Below are positions 1-12,554 of a stretch of 64,000 bases of DNA, one piece after another. The notes beneath the pieces are model-generated. The model made no database searches and was not told the origin of the DNA. It saw only the letters and a list, made by a program, of their open reading frames with translations. Origin of the DNA: Octopus vulgaris. Its lineage: Eukaryota. Position 1 is the first letter of the stretch. Every line of letters starts with the position of its first letter. The stretch covers positions 27,590,001 through 27,654,000 of the forward strand of contig OX597836.1 in the NCBI GenBank assembly GCA_951406725.2. Direction: 5' to 3'. The translations under genes and the position numbers were made by a program.

Positions 1-348
1 TATGAGCATGTCTGGACATGCAGCTATATGCATGAGAATGCACACATAAGACAAAGCATACAAATCTGCACACATATATACATGCATACATACATACTTG
101 CATACAAAATTACCCTGTTGATGTTGTTGAAATTCCAATGAAGGAGCCTTGGATCTAGGCTAAAATCGGTTCTTTCTCCATTGGCAAGAATTCTTGAAAT
201 GGAACTGAATAAGGATATAGATATGAGCAAAAGAATGCTGGTTCTAAAAACTCTCTAAGAGGTGAACGCAGTAGTTGCACCAGCAACTAATGTTCGTAGT
301 CACTTCAACATGGCTGTCCGTTCGAACGGAGTTTTTGTCTGTATATAT

Positions 349-583
349 ATATTTCTTTATTGCCCACAAGGGGCTAAACATAGAGGGGACAAACAAGGAC
401 AGACAAAGGGATTAAGTCGATTACATTGACCCCAGTGCGAAACTGGTACTTTATTTATCGACCCCGAAAGGATGAAAAGCAAAGTCGACCTCGGCGGAAT
501 TTGAACTCAGAACGTAACAACAGACGAAATACCGCTAAGTATTTCGCCCGGCGTGCTAACGTGTCTGCCAGCTCTCCGCCTTA
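349..583 (-). mobile_element. tRNA-derived SINE, family A (central domain resembles the Meta/MESC domain), full length
   Basis: Reverse complement has a head with AGCTGGCAGA and a B-box-like GAGTTCAAATTCC, then CTTTTCATCCTTTCGGGGTCGATAAA. About 15 copies occur in the window. A ~16-bp TSD TTTTGTCTGTATATAT lies at 333-348 and 588-603. Confidence 0.85.
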
Positions 584-800
584 TACCTTTTGTCTGTATA
601 TATGTAAATATGTATGCATGCATATGTATGCATATATATGTATATATGCATATATATGTATATATATGTATATATGTAAAGATAGATAGAGAGAGAGAGA
701 GAGAGAGCGGGGTGTCATACCTGTAAATAAATGTGGTTCGGCATTTGAGGTATATATCTGTGTATGATATATATGTTTGTAGTTGCTTATATAGGTTTTA

Positions 801-1016
801 CAGTAACCCCTCACCATATCGCGGTTCACCTATCGCGGTTCACCTATCGCGGTTCACCTATCGCAGTCGATTCCTCCATGGTGCTGTTTTGCATTTATAA
901 TAAAATATATATGATACAAATTATAAAAATAATTAAAAGAATATACAGTACAGTACTGATTCTACTTTGCGGATTTTCACTAATCGAGGGATGTTTTAGA
1001 ACACCCGCGATTACTG
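801..1016. mobile_element. pogo/Tigger-like MITE
   Basis: Ends CAGTAA...TTACTG, flanked by TA on both sides (799-800, 1017-1018). Internal 14-bp tandem TATCGCGGTTCACC x3. Confidence 0.65.
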
Positions 1017-1169
1017 TATATGTGTATTTTTGCATGTATATAAATGTGTGTTTTCGTCTCTGTGTGTGTATGTCATGCATGTATGCCTGTATGTATGTGT
1101 GTATGTGTATGTGTGTATGTATGTATGCATGTATGTGGGCATGCATGCATGTATGTGTGTATGTATGTA

Positions 1170-1366
1170 TGCTGCCACCATCGCTTGACTACAGATGTTG
1201 GTGTGGTTATGTCCCCGTAACTTAGCGGTTCGGCAAAAGAGACTGATAGAATAAGTGCTAGGCTTACAATGAATAAGACTTGGGGACAATTTGTTCGACT
1301 AAAGGCGGTAATCCAGCATGGCCGCAGTCAAATGACTGACACAAGTAAAAGAATAAAAGAATGAAA
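1170..1366 (+). mobile_element. SINE family B, 3' half
   Basis: Matches the CATCGCTTGAC...GTCCCCGTAACTTAGCGGTTCGGCAAAAGAGAC...CCAGCATGGCCGCAGTCAAATGACTGA segment of other B copies. Confidence 0.8.
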
Positions 1367-1371
1367 GAATA

Positions 1372-1451
<80 letters not shown>

Positions 1452-1489
1452 ATATATATATATATGTGTATATATATATTTTTTTATAT

Positions 1490-1574
<85 letters not shown>

Positions 1575-1602
1575 TATATATATATGCATATATATATATA
1601 TA

Positions 1603-1649
<47 letters not shown>

Positions 1650-2046
1650 CAATCTTGGAAATGACTCAAGGTTCATGTTCGAGTAAAACCTCTTATTTCG
1701 TTTCAAATAAACAATGCTCAAGATTCTTATTCATTCACTTGGCCGCGTTAATAAATACCACAGATCATAGATCTGTTTCTCTCGAAAATGAAACTTGAGT
1801 TACTGCCAAAATTCCACCAAGTCATCGCAAAATATAATACATGCATACATATATATACACCGATACATATATACATATAATACATACAGAAATGTCTTTA
1901 CGCTTGTGTACGAGCACGCATGCGTGTATATTTAGCTATCAGCATTTTGGTGGGCTCAGAAATATTTTTTTAGAAAGTGTTTTAAAAGTTTAATTTCAAC
2001 ATGAAGGATCTACAAGTATGTACCGATGTGAAATAAAAATCTAAGA

Positions 2047-2206
2047 CGCCGGCGTGGCTATGTGGTAAGAAGCTTGCTACCGAACCACATGGTTTTGGGT
2101 TCAGCACCACCTCGTGGCATCTCGGTCAAGTGTCTTCTACTATAACTCCAGGACAACAAAATCCTTGCAAGTAGATTTGGTAGACGGAAACTGAAAGAAG
2201 CTCGTC

Positions 2207-2278
<72 letters not shown>

Positions 2279-2331
2279 TTAGAGACAAAACCACATATAT
2301 ATATATATATGTATGTGTATGTATGTATATA

Positions 2332-2411
<80 letters not shown>

Positions 2412-2712
2412 GAAATGAGGAACTCAGAAATTCGGATGGTTTCATATTTAATATTTACTGAAAGAAGCCTGTCGTATATGTGTATATATATGTATGTGTG
2501 TGTTTGTGTTTGTGTGTCTGTCCCCCCAACATCGCTTGACAACCGATGCTGGTGTGTGTACGTCCCCGTAACTTAGCGGTTCGGCAAAAGAGCCCGATAG
2601 AATAAGTACTAGGCATACAAAGAATAAGTCCTGGGGTCGATTTGCTCGACTAAAGGCGGTGCTCCAGCATAGCCACAGTCACGTGACTGAAACAAGTAAA
2701 AGAGAGAAAGAG
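2047..2712 (+). mobile_element. SINE family B (tRNA head, CORE-like segment, internal microsatellite, LINE-like tail), full length
   Basis: Head GGCGTGGCTATGTGGTAAG...GGGTTCAG, CORE-like CTCGGTCAAGTGTCTTCTAC, an expanded TA/TG tract, then the conserved 3' half. Confidence 0.8.
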
Positions 2713-2787
2713 AAATATATATATATATGTGTGTGTGTGTGTATGTGAGTGTATGTATGTGTATATATATATATACACATACATAGA

Positions 2788-3090
2788 TCATCATCATCAT
2801 CATGTGACCGACCAGTCCATCAGATGTAGTTACATATCGCTGGTCACAATGCGTTCGCATTGTTTTAGCCTTCGAATGACGCCACCCCGCTGGCTAAGCG
2901 AGCAGGCCAACAGAAGAAAGAGTGGGAGAAAGAGTGGTGAAAGAGTACAGCAGGGATCACCACACCCTGCCGGAGCATCGTGGAGCTTTTAGGTGTTTTC
3001 GCTCAATAAACACTCACAATTCCCGGTCTGGGAATCGAAACCGCGATCCTACGACCGCGAGTCCGCTGCCCTAACCACTGGGCCATTGCG

Positions 3091-3093
<3 letters not shown>
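2788..3093 (-). mobile_element. SINE family C (tRNA-derived) with (GAT)n tail
   Basis: Reverse complement GAGGCGCAATGGCCCAGTGGTTAGGGCAGCGGACTCGCGGTCGTAGG...GTTTCGATTCCC has A and B boxes. The same head occurs at 12735 and 45379. Confidence 0.8.
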
Positions 3094-3127
<34 letters not shown>

Positions 3128-3143
3128 CATTTATATATATATT

Positions 3144-3189
<46 letters not shown>

Positions 3190-3205
3190 CATGCATAAAT
3201 AAATA

Positions 3206-3650
3206 TTAGCTGACGTACCTGGTAATTCCCGAGAAAGCGGGGTTTATCCCTTGGTTCCGTTCTCATAGTTGTTTCGCTAATCTAATAACAACAATACAAA
3301 GTATGTAGCCCTTTAAACGGTTTTTGTGCATTTACAGAGAATACCGAACTGTCTTACACAGGATCTTATTTTTAGGAATTCCCAATAAGTTATGAATACC
3401 CAAATTGTGAAGTTAGTTATTTAATAACATGAAATTAGTTACCCGATAGTAAAAATTCAAATAAAGTAGCCCCGAAAAGAGCTTTAATGCGTTCCCATGG
3501 TATATAGTACTTAGAAGGAAATACTAATAAGGTATGTATACTAAAATCGTGAAGCATGTTGCGTAATAACAGGCTAATCAGATATAAGATAATAACAATT
3601 CAAAGTAAATAACTTTGAAAAGGGCTTTTGTGCATTCCCAGAGAATATTA
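3206..3650. repeat. Diverged ~155-bp tandem repeat (3 units), possibly within a non-autonomous rolling-circle element
   Basis: A motif like ACAATTCAAAGTA...GCTTTTGTGCATTCCCAGAGAATA recurs at about 3285, 3452 and 3592. Confidence 0.4.
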
Positions 3651-4648
3651 CACTCAGCGGCGCTAGTGTTGGTATATTCGAGAATAAGTCACTAACAGAA
3701 ATAGGTGAATCTATTGTTTAGTAAAATACTATTTACTTGTTTATGGGTTGTACTGGATAAAATGCGAAAATAACTCTAACAGCTCAAATACTAAGAAATA
3801 AGCATACTCAGTTTGATTTATACCAAATGATTTAGGAAAATGAACGGGTTATTTCTCTTGGCTGTTAAATGATTTAGAAAAACTTCTTTAATAATTCAAA
3901 ATAGACCAAAACTGAAGGAGAGATTCGTCTTCTCTTTTAATAACCTTCCAAATACTTCGAAATCGTTTTAGTTCACCGTCAGTTAAGAGCAGCGCTATGA
4001 TGGATGTGAACGAGCAAGTTCAACCTTCTGCCACTACAACGCTTCAAGAAGCACATGCACGTACTGGACCGGGAAATATATTGCTTTGCATATGTATTTA
4101 TATACGTACACCCAATGACACATATACATATACGTGATATATAGGTATGTGTGTTTGCGTGCATATGGTGTGTGTGTGTGTGTGTGTATTATTGTATTAT
4201 TGATGAAGAGCTAGGCTCGTATTTTATTACGAGAAATAGCCTTAAGTATATTTTAAATACCACGACTGTAGAATAATAGATAATATTTCCCCTCTATTTT
4301 TATGGAAGTGTTTCCTTGTTATTACAAATATCCTTAGTAACTCTGTGTCTGTTCGTCTGTGTTTATGTATGTGTGCGCGTGTGTGTGTATGAATGTATCT
4401 ATATACGTATCTATTCAGATTTATGAATACACATATTCACACACAGACACACACCACATGCACACACACACACACACGTATGTATAAATATATATATATA
4501 TATATATATTTATATAAATATATATATATATATGTGTGTAAATATATCTATGCATATATATATGTGAACATTCATAGATACATACATACACACACACATA
4601 CACACATACACATATATATATATATATGTATATATATATATGTGTATA

Positions 4649-4679
<31 letters not shown>

Positions 4680-4769
4680 ACACATATATATATATGTAAA
4701 TATATCTATGCATATATATGCATATATACATATGTGAACATTCATAGATACATACATACATAAATACAT

Positions 4770-4837
<68 letters not shown>

Positions 4838-4848
4838 ATATATATATG

Positions 4849-4898
<50 letters not shown>

Positions 4899-4906
4899 TA
4901 CATACA

Positions 4907-4948
<42 letters not shown>

Positions 4949-4954
4949 CATACA

Positions 4955-4997
<43 letters not shown>

Positions 4998-5269
4998 GCA
5001 TGCGTGCATACAATATTTAAATATAGAACGACAAGGTCAGCTATAAAGAGATAATGATATGCTACCGAACAAAGCTTTGTCTCGATGTCCAGCTGTAGTA
5101 GTTTGGTCATCGGTATTACAAGTGGCTGGACTTGGACATATGTCTCTACGTAGTTCTCTCTATGAATAGCTAGCCCCCCTCTCTCTCTCTCTCTCTTCAA
5201 CTCTTTCACAAATTCTCTGTAATTGTATATATGGCTACACACAACAGGAACGCATAACTGGCACACACG

Positions 5270-5340
<71 letters not shown>

Positions 5341-5674
5341 ACATTGCTGTGTGTGTGTTTGTATGTGTGTGTGTATGTGTATGTTTATTTAAGCGAAACT
5401 CTGAGTAAAGACTGACTCGACCAAAAGAAAATATAATAGTAATCTCTACAATACTATGGATATGCACACACACATATACACACACCACACACATATTACA
5501 CATACATACATTCATACATACATACATACATACATACATACATACATACATACATACATGCATGCATGCATACATACATACATACATACATACATACATA
5601 CATACATACATACAAACATACATGCATACATACAAACATACATACATACATACATACATACATACATACATACA

Positions 5675-5705
<31 letters not shown>

Positions 5706-5972
5706 GAGTTTCAGAGGACCACAGCTCTTTAAACATCCCCCTAAATGCCTGAGAGACTTGCATGGTGTGGATGTGGGTTTCTTTAAAACTAAACTGGATC
5801 TACCTCACGACAGGAGACACAGATGCGGGCAGCAGCATCGAACTCCCTTGTTGACCAAGTGCCACGTATCAGAGGTGGATTCACATATTAGTGTAGCTCA
5901 TTCAGCGGTGGTGCCCCAGCATGGCCACAGCCTCCGGGCTAAAACATTTTTAAGGATTTAAGGATTTAAGGA
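5706..5972 (+). mobile_element. 3' end of a CR1/L2-group LINE (ORF2 C-terminus, 3' UTR, (TTTAAGGA)n tail)
   Basis: Translates [28 protein letters not shown], typical of a CR1-group ORF2 C-terminus. It ends in a stem-loop and an 8-bp tail repeat. Confidence 0.7.
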
Positions 5973-6024
5973 CATATGTATATGTATGTATATATGTGTG
6001 TGTATATATATATATGTATGTATG

Positions 6025-6069
<45 letters not shown>

Positions 6070-6078
6070 ATGTATACG

Positions 6079-6114
<36 letters not shown>

Positions 6115-6117
<3 letters not shown>

Positions 6118-6319
6118 TTTCTTTTATTTGTTTCAGTCATTTGACTGCGGTCATGCTGAAGCACCGCGTTTACTTGAACAAATCGACCCCAGGACTTATT
6201 CTTTGTAAGCCTGGTACTTATTCCATCGGCCTCTTTTGCCGAACCGCTAAGTTACGGGGAAGTAAACACACCAACACCGGTTGTCAAGCGATGGTGGGGG
6301 GGGGGCAAACAGACACAAA

Positions 6320-6330
<11 letters not shown>
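6115..6330 (-). mobile_element. SINE family B, 3' half
   Basis: Reverse complement of the family B tail. Confidence 0.8.
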
Positions 6331-6399
<69 letters not shown>

Positions 6400-6403
<4 letters not shown>

Positions 6404-7706
6404 CGGTTTAGCTGGTGCATTTCCCGGTGACCCACATTGGAATTATGGCACCATCATGTCTGGTGAAAATGTGACAGTCTTTTGTCTAATGGAGGACTGA
6501 TGGGTTTTGGAAGGACCTGTGACCTCGTGCGGTTGAGAAAAGGGTCAGGAGAATGTGAGAGAAAAGGGACAGATTAAGGGCTGAGAGCAAATAGAGATAG
6601 GGTATAAGCAGTAAGGGACGGATGGAGAGGCTAAGAGTCTGGCAGGCGATAGCGATAGAGTAGGAATCAGATAGCAAATAGAAAGACTATAGGTGGTAGA
6701 ACAGAGGGAGATGAGGGAGTGGAAGTCAGGACAAGGAAGTGAGGTTCTGGGCAGTCGTTGAGCGGTCGTCGAGGAACACAGACGGATCTTGGAGTTCGTG
6801 GCTGGTCGTCGAAGAAGAGAGACGGACTCTGGAGGTCAGAGCGAGTGGATGGAATCTTGGAAGCGTTGGAATTCTTAGGAGCGAGCTGGGATGCGATAGC
6901 TTGGCGGCACTGATTGGGATATGTGCAGAGGGAATATGTACAGAAGGATTTAGCAGTATTCAGAGGAATTAGCAGGATTGAGAGGAATGGGACACTGGCA
7001 GATTCAATTAGGAATTAAGGTATGTGATTTGTGTATTGAACAGTGAAGAGAACAGTCAGAGACTCTGTCGATGTGTCAATCATCGAGTTGTGGTATTTGT
7101 GTTCGGAATTGAGTAAAGGACTTGTTGATGTGACTTTATCTGTGATGTTCAGAAAGAGACTTTAAGAGAACTGTGTCTTCGGACGTGAACTTTGAATTGT
7201 TACATGAATTGCTGTTGTATTATGCATTGATCTGTTGTATGATGTATTGAGTAGTCACGTGCATGTCTTCCTTTAAATGTCTGCCTTAAATGTATTTGAT
7301 GTTGTAACCATTGATTGTCGTATAAACTGTTGTTTGAAGTGTAGCCAGTGTCTCTGTTGCCTTGCCTCTCTTTGGGTTGTATCTCGGGTTGTGCCTCTGT
7401 ATCTCTGTGCTGTTGAGGCTGTGGCAGTATCTATCTGTATCTCCTCCCTCCGCCTCCTTGGGTCCGTGGCGAACTAGTGGGCCGTTCGACAGGCTTCTTT
7501 CAGCTTCTTTCAGTTTTCTGCTTTAATGTGTTTTGGTGTTATGCCAAAGAGAACGGGGCCAATTAAGGTGAAATAATTGTGGTACATTGTTGTTGTTAGA
7601 GGCGAGTGTGATTTATGTAGTTGTTGGATAGCATGGGACCCAGATCTTGGGTGTATCGTAAAAGTGATGCCAACATCATTTGGGCCACGCAGATGGAATA
7701 TTTTCC
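6400..7706 (-). other. Unclassified non-microsatellite block, possibly the 5' UTR/ORF1 region of a retroelement
   Basis: Higher GC and strand-skewed, inserted between TA tracts, with no intact ORF and no recognised domain. Confidence 0.25.
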
Positions 7707-7802
7707 ACACACACATATACATACATATACAGGGGTGAGCATAAGTAGCTTTACCCATTGTATATATATATATGTATATATATAGGTGTCGTTTATACAT
7801 AC

Positions 7803-7926
<124 letters not shown>

Positions 7927-8119
7927 CCGGAGTAAACACATAAATGTGAAACAAGGTGGAAAAAAGTGTACTCAAATACCAGTGGTAGAGTAATATGCTT
8001 TATTTAAAGCAGCAGAAAATTCAACAAAACCTGTTACTCTGAGTTTCCCGTTGAACGGCAACGGGAAACTCAGAGTAAGAGGTTTTGTTGAATTTTCTGT
8101 TGCTTTAAATAAAGTATAT
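7927..8119. mobile_element. Penelope-like terminal fragment with fold-back (61-bp arms) carrying the 3' half of a hammerhead motif
   Basis: Arms 7993-8053 and 8059-8119 are near-perfect inverted repeats. The right arm reads CG-GCAA-CGG-GAAA-CTCAGAG-TA. Confidence 0.55.
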
Positions 8120-8163
8120 AGATAGATAGATAGATAGATCGATAGAGAGAGAGAGAGAGAAAG

Positions 8164-8225
<62 letters not shown>

Positions 8226-8629
8226 GTGCCGTTTACCAACAGACTTTCAGTCACAAGTTATTCCTTGATACATCGATTGACTACTGCAACCCTGCAAACC
8301 ACGACAGACAGAAAGGGTGTGCTTGAAGCTAAGATTTTGTGTCTACGGAGACAATATTTATTTATATATTACCTGAGGAAAAACAACTAGATCTCATAAT
8401 GTTAGAAAACATCTGCATAACCAAACAGCAGCGGACCTGGAGAACTACTTTGCGCGGAGACAATTGTAGCGATCACAAATAAATGTACAATGGTACTCCT
8501 TCTTGTAGGCATCAATTATATATATGTATATAATGTATATGTATATGTATATATATATGTATATACCCTTTCCAGCACGTAAGATGTCCTGTTAAAGGTC
8601 ACCGCTTTTGTGTATAAAAACGTACACTA

Positions 8630-8683
<54 letters not shown>

Positions 8684-8825
8684 TACGTTTTTATACACAA
8701 AAGCGGTGACCTTTAACATATATATATAACGGGAAGCTTTATGAAAATAAACAAAAGACGAAGGCAGGTGGAATACAAACAAACAATTGTATTAGTATGG
8801 CGCTCAGGAATATAAATAAAACAAG

Positions 8826-8862
8826 TCTTTTACGTTTCGAGCCTACGCTCTTCAACAGAAAG

Positions 8863-8863
<1 letters not shown>
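8826..8863 (-). ncRNA. Minimal type I hammerhead ribozyme motif (A6U core variant)
   Basis: UCUUU-CUGUUGA-A-GAGC-GUAG-GCUC-GAAA-C-GUA-AAAGA, with a 5-bp stem I and a 4-bp stem II. Confidence 0.65.
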
Positions 8864-8922
<59 letters not shown>

Positions 8923-9069
8923 TAGTGTACGTTTTTATACACAAAAGCGGTGACCTTTAACATATATATATAACGGGAAGCTTTATGAAAATAAACAAAA
9001 GACGAAGGCAGGTGGAATACAAACAAACAATTGTATTAGTATGGCGCTCAGGAATATAAATAAAACAAG

Positions 9070-9106
9070 TCTTTTACGTTTCGAGCCTACGCTCTTCAAC
9101 AGAAAG

Positions 9107-9107
<1 letters not shown>
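9070..9107 (-). ncRNA. Minimal type I hammerhead ribozyme motif, identical tandem copy
   Basis: Same sequence as 8826-8863, 244 bp away. Confidence 0.65.
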
Positions 9108-9160
<53 letters not shown>

Positions 9161-9294
9161 TAGTGTACGTTTTTATACACAAAAGCGGTGACCTTTAACA
9201 GGAAATCTTACGTGCTGGAAAGGGTAGTTAAAGCCCAAACCATGAATAAGAGTAATAGCCAAGGGAGGGAAAAATAAAAACATTTCAGTAGTTA

Positions 9295-9364
9295 CCCTCA
9301 TACTCGAGTTTCTGCATCAATGTGCAAATAAATTAATTTGCCATCCATGCGTCTTCAGTAAGGG
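9295..9364 (-). ncRNA. Type I hammerhead ribozyme motif with canonical core and palindromic stem III
   Basis: CCCUUA-CUGAAGA-[long stem II: GCAU/AUGC...GCAAAU/AUUUGC]-GAAA-CUCGAG-UA-UGAGGG. Stem I is 6 bp, stem III is the palindrome ACUCGAGU and the triplet is GUA. Confidence 0.8.
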
Positions 9365-9399
9365 CGCTAAAATGAATGCATATTTATGCAACACTGAAG

Positions 9400-9640
9400 A
9401 AAAACTTCACCATTCAAATTGACAGAAAGATAGATGCAAATAGGCCAGACATCATATTGAAAAACTTCGGACAAAAATCATGCCTCCTCATTAATATGAC
9501 TGTCCCAATCAATATAAACGTATCTGTCAAGAGCTACCAAAAACTGATCAAGTATAAAGATCTTGAAATAGAATTTAGCAAAATGTGAAACCTGAAGACT
9601 AAAACAATACCTGTTGTCATAGGTGCCCTGGGAATCATCA
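9400..9640 (+). mobile_element. R4/Dong-type non-LTR retrotransposon fragment (restriction-like endonuclease domain), degenerate
   Basis: FTIQIDRKIDANRPDII...CLLINMTVP...KYKDLEIE..KM*NLKTKTIPVVIGALG carries the RPD and KY..L motifs of the RLE domain. Confidence 0.85.
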
Positions 9641-9758
9641 ATGAAATTCCAACTTTGTCTGATTTTCACGTTTTATTACTTGCAATTTTTATAACATTAC
9701 TATATTGAAATTGCATTGATTAATATATTCCTCTGTATACAGTCATACAAACCTGGAT

Positions 9759-9832
<74 letters not shown>

Positions 9833-9848
9833 TACATACATACATACA

Positions 9849-9894
<46 letters not shown>

Positions 9895-9934
9895 CACACA
9901 TATATATATATATATATGCAAAAATATATATAAA

Positions 9935-10345
9935 AGCTTCTTTCAGTTACTTTTTACCAAATTCGTTCACAAGTGTGTGGTCGAGCTGAGCTGAGACTAT
10001 AATGAGAGGCATTGAAGGCGGCGAGCTGGCAGAAACGTTAGCACGCCGGGCGAAATGCGTAGCCGTATTTCGTCTGCCGTTACGTTCTGAGTTCAAATTC
10101 CGCCGAGGTCGACTTTGCCTTTCATCCTTTCGAGGTCGATAAATTAAGAACCAGTTACGCACTGGGGTTGATGTAATCGACTTAATCCCTTTGTCTGTCC
10201 TTGTTTGTCCACGCTATGTTTAGCCCCTTGTGGGTAGTAAAGAAATATATAATGGGAGGCATTTGCCCAAGTTGCTCGCAGCAGTACTTGAACCCGTAAA
10301 CAGTATGACTGGGAAGTAAACTTCTTACCATACGGCCATACCTGC
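9935..10345 (-). mobile_element. SINE family B 5' half, interrupted by a family A insertion
   Basis: The B sequence resumes after the insert. TSD TATAATG(A/G)GAGGCATT at 9998-10013 and 10248-10263. Confidence 0.7.
10014..10247 (+). mobile_element. SINE family A, full length, nested
   Basis: AAGGCGGCGAGCTGGCAGAAACGTTAGC...GTGGGTAGTAAAGAAATA with a 16-bp TSD. Confidence 0.85.
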
Positions 10346-10644
10346 AAGTTTTCTGATTTTTTTTTCTTTCTAATATCCTAATCAATCAAATTAATGGTAA
10401 TTCAATATTTAAGAAATATATTTTCGCCCGTTCACAAAACAATAATTTATTATTTTCGCTAATTTCATCAATTTAAAACAGGCAAAAAGATTTCAGTTCG
10501 CAATAAAATAATTAATATTTTTTTGTAAAAACATTTCTTTTTGTTTGCTTTTTATTTATTTTTTTTTTAACAAAATCAGCAACATCATAAAATATTATTT
10601 TTCTTGGTAGAGGAGACTCTAAATAAATACATGATTATAACAAT

Positions 10645-10850
10645 TCTTTCTACTATGGCCATAAGGCCTGAAATTTGAGAAAGAAGGTTTTAGTTGACTG
10701 TATCGATACCAATACTCAACTATTGCTTATTTTATCGATCCTGAAAGGCAAAGTCGACCTCGGCGGATTTTCAGCTCAGAGCATAAAGACAGGAGAAATT
10801 CAGCTAAACAATTTTTCGTATTGTGCAAATGATTCTACCTGCTCATCGTC
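10645..10850 (-). mobile_element. SINE family A, diverged short-tail variant
   Basis: AAAGGCAAAGTCGACCTCGGCGG core is present. Confidence 0.65.
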
Positions 10851-10852
10851 GT

Positions 10853-11327
<475 letters not shown>

Positions 11328-11429
11328 TATACATACATGATTGTGATAAAACAAAAAAATACCGAAAGAATGTACGTGGGGGTGCTCAAAAGTAACCGGA
11401 AACGTTCTGATGACCATCATGATGTTGCT

Positions 11430-11925
11430 ATTTGTGGTGGTGGTAGTGTTGGTGGTGGTAGTGATGATGATGGTGTTGGTGGTAGTGTTGGTGATGCTGG
11501 TGGTGTTGGTGATGCTGGTGGTGTTGGTGATGGTTGGGATGGTGATGGTGGTGGTGGTGGTGGTGGTGTTGGTGTTGTTGTTGTTGTTGGTGGTGGTGAT
11601 GTTACTGCTGGTGGTGGTGTTGGTGGTGCTGTTGTGGTGTGATGGTGGTGGCGTTGGTGATGGTGGTGTTGGTGATGGTGGTGGTGGAATTGGTGGTGAT
11701 GGTGTTGGTGATGTTGGTGGTAGTTTTGATAGTGGTGGTGGTGTTGTTGGTGGTGATGGTGCTGGTGCTGATGGTGGTGGTGCTGGTGGTGTTGGTGGTG
11801 ATGCTGGTGGTGTTGGTGTTGTTGTTGTTGGTGGTGGCAGTGTTGGTTGTTGTTGGTGGTGGTGGCGGTGATGTCATTGGCGTTGATAACGTTGATGTCG
11901 ATATCGTTGATATTGGTGGTGGTGA
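11430..11925. repeat. Degenerate (GGT/GTT/GAT)n trinucleotide array
   Basis: Seen directly. Similar arrays occur at about 16810-17280, 18215-18700 and 27480-28260. Confidence 0.9.
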
Positions 11926-12554
11926 TATTTAGACACAAACCAGTCCTAATTGAAGAAATCAATGTTCATAGGCGCTTTAGCCATGACCACCGCGCATATT
12001 TACAAAAAGTGTATCTAAGACTACATCATTAAACATGTTCCTTTTTCTTAAAACGATAAGCTACAGATTGAGGAAAATTCGGCTGCTACTTTGCAGCATG
12101 TCAAGTGACGACATACAGGCAACCCAGCGATAGGTGTATATAAACCGATGATTAATGCTTAATGATTAATGCGTAATGATTAATGCTTAATGATTAATGC
12201 TGGTTCATCGTTTGTAATAGTTGGTTGTTTAACAATGATTAACGATTGATAATTAGTGATTAGATACTAAAGGAAATTATAGTACATCTTCGAAAGTTTT
12301 AACGTAATTATTTGTGCATTAGTTAGATACAATTAGTTTTATTGTTAAACTAATGATATCATAATTAAATATATTAGCAGCATCACCGCCCACCGGGAAG
12401 TTTCCTGCTGCTCGTGTGCAATTGTACTGTGTCTACATAGAAATGCATTGTCCAGCATGTGCACTTCAAATGTAAGATGGCTGGATATGAGATTTTCAAG
12501 GACATTTGGCCGCCTTTTACAACAGGCTGGATTACCGTGCTTTGTATTGGTGAA

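Larger units (their letters stand above)
8564..9372 (-). mobile_element. Composite of Penelope-like terminal fragments: outer inverted repeat plus an internal 244-bp tandem duplication
   Basis: 8564-8632 is the inverse of about 9157-9226. The unit starting ACGGGAAGC occurs at 8729 and 8973. Three hammerhead motifs lie on the minus strand. Confidence 0.65.

Noticed and set aside
129-176. CCAATGA-AGG-AGCCT/AGGCT hairpin resembling a hammerhead
   Set aside because: Both core words are mutated, so it cannot be supported from one copy.
4200-4240. Hammerhead-like TTGATGA-A-GAGC-TAG-GCTC
   Set aside because: C3 and the GAAA after stem II are missing and there is no stem I. At best a decayed relative.
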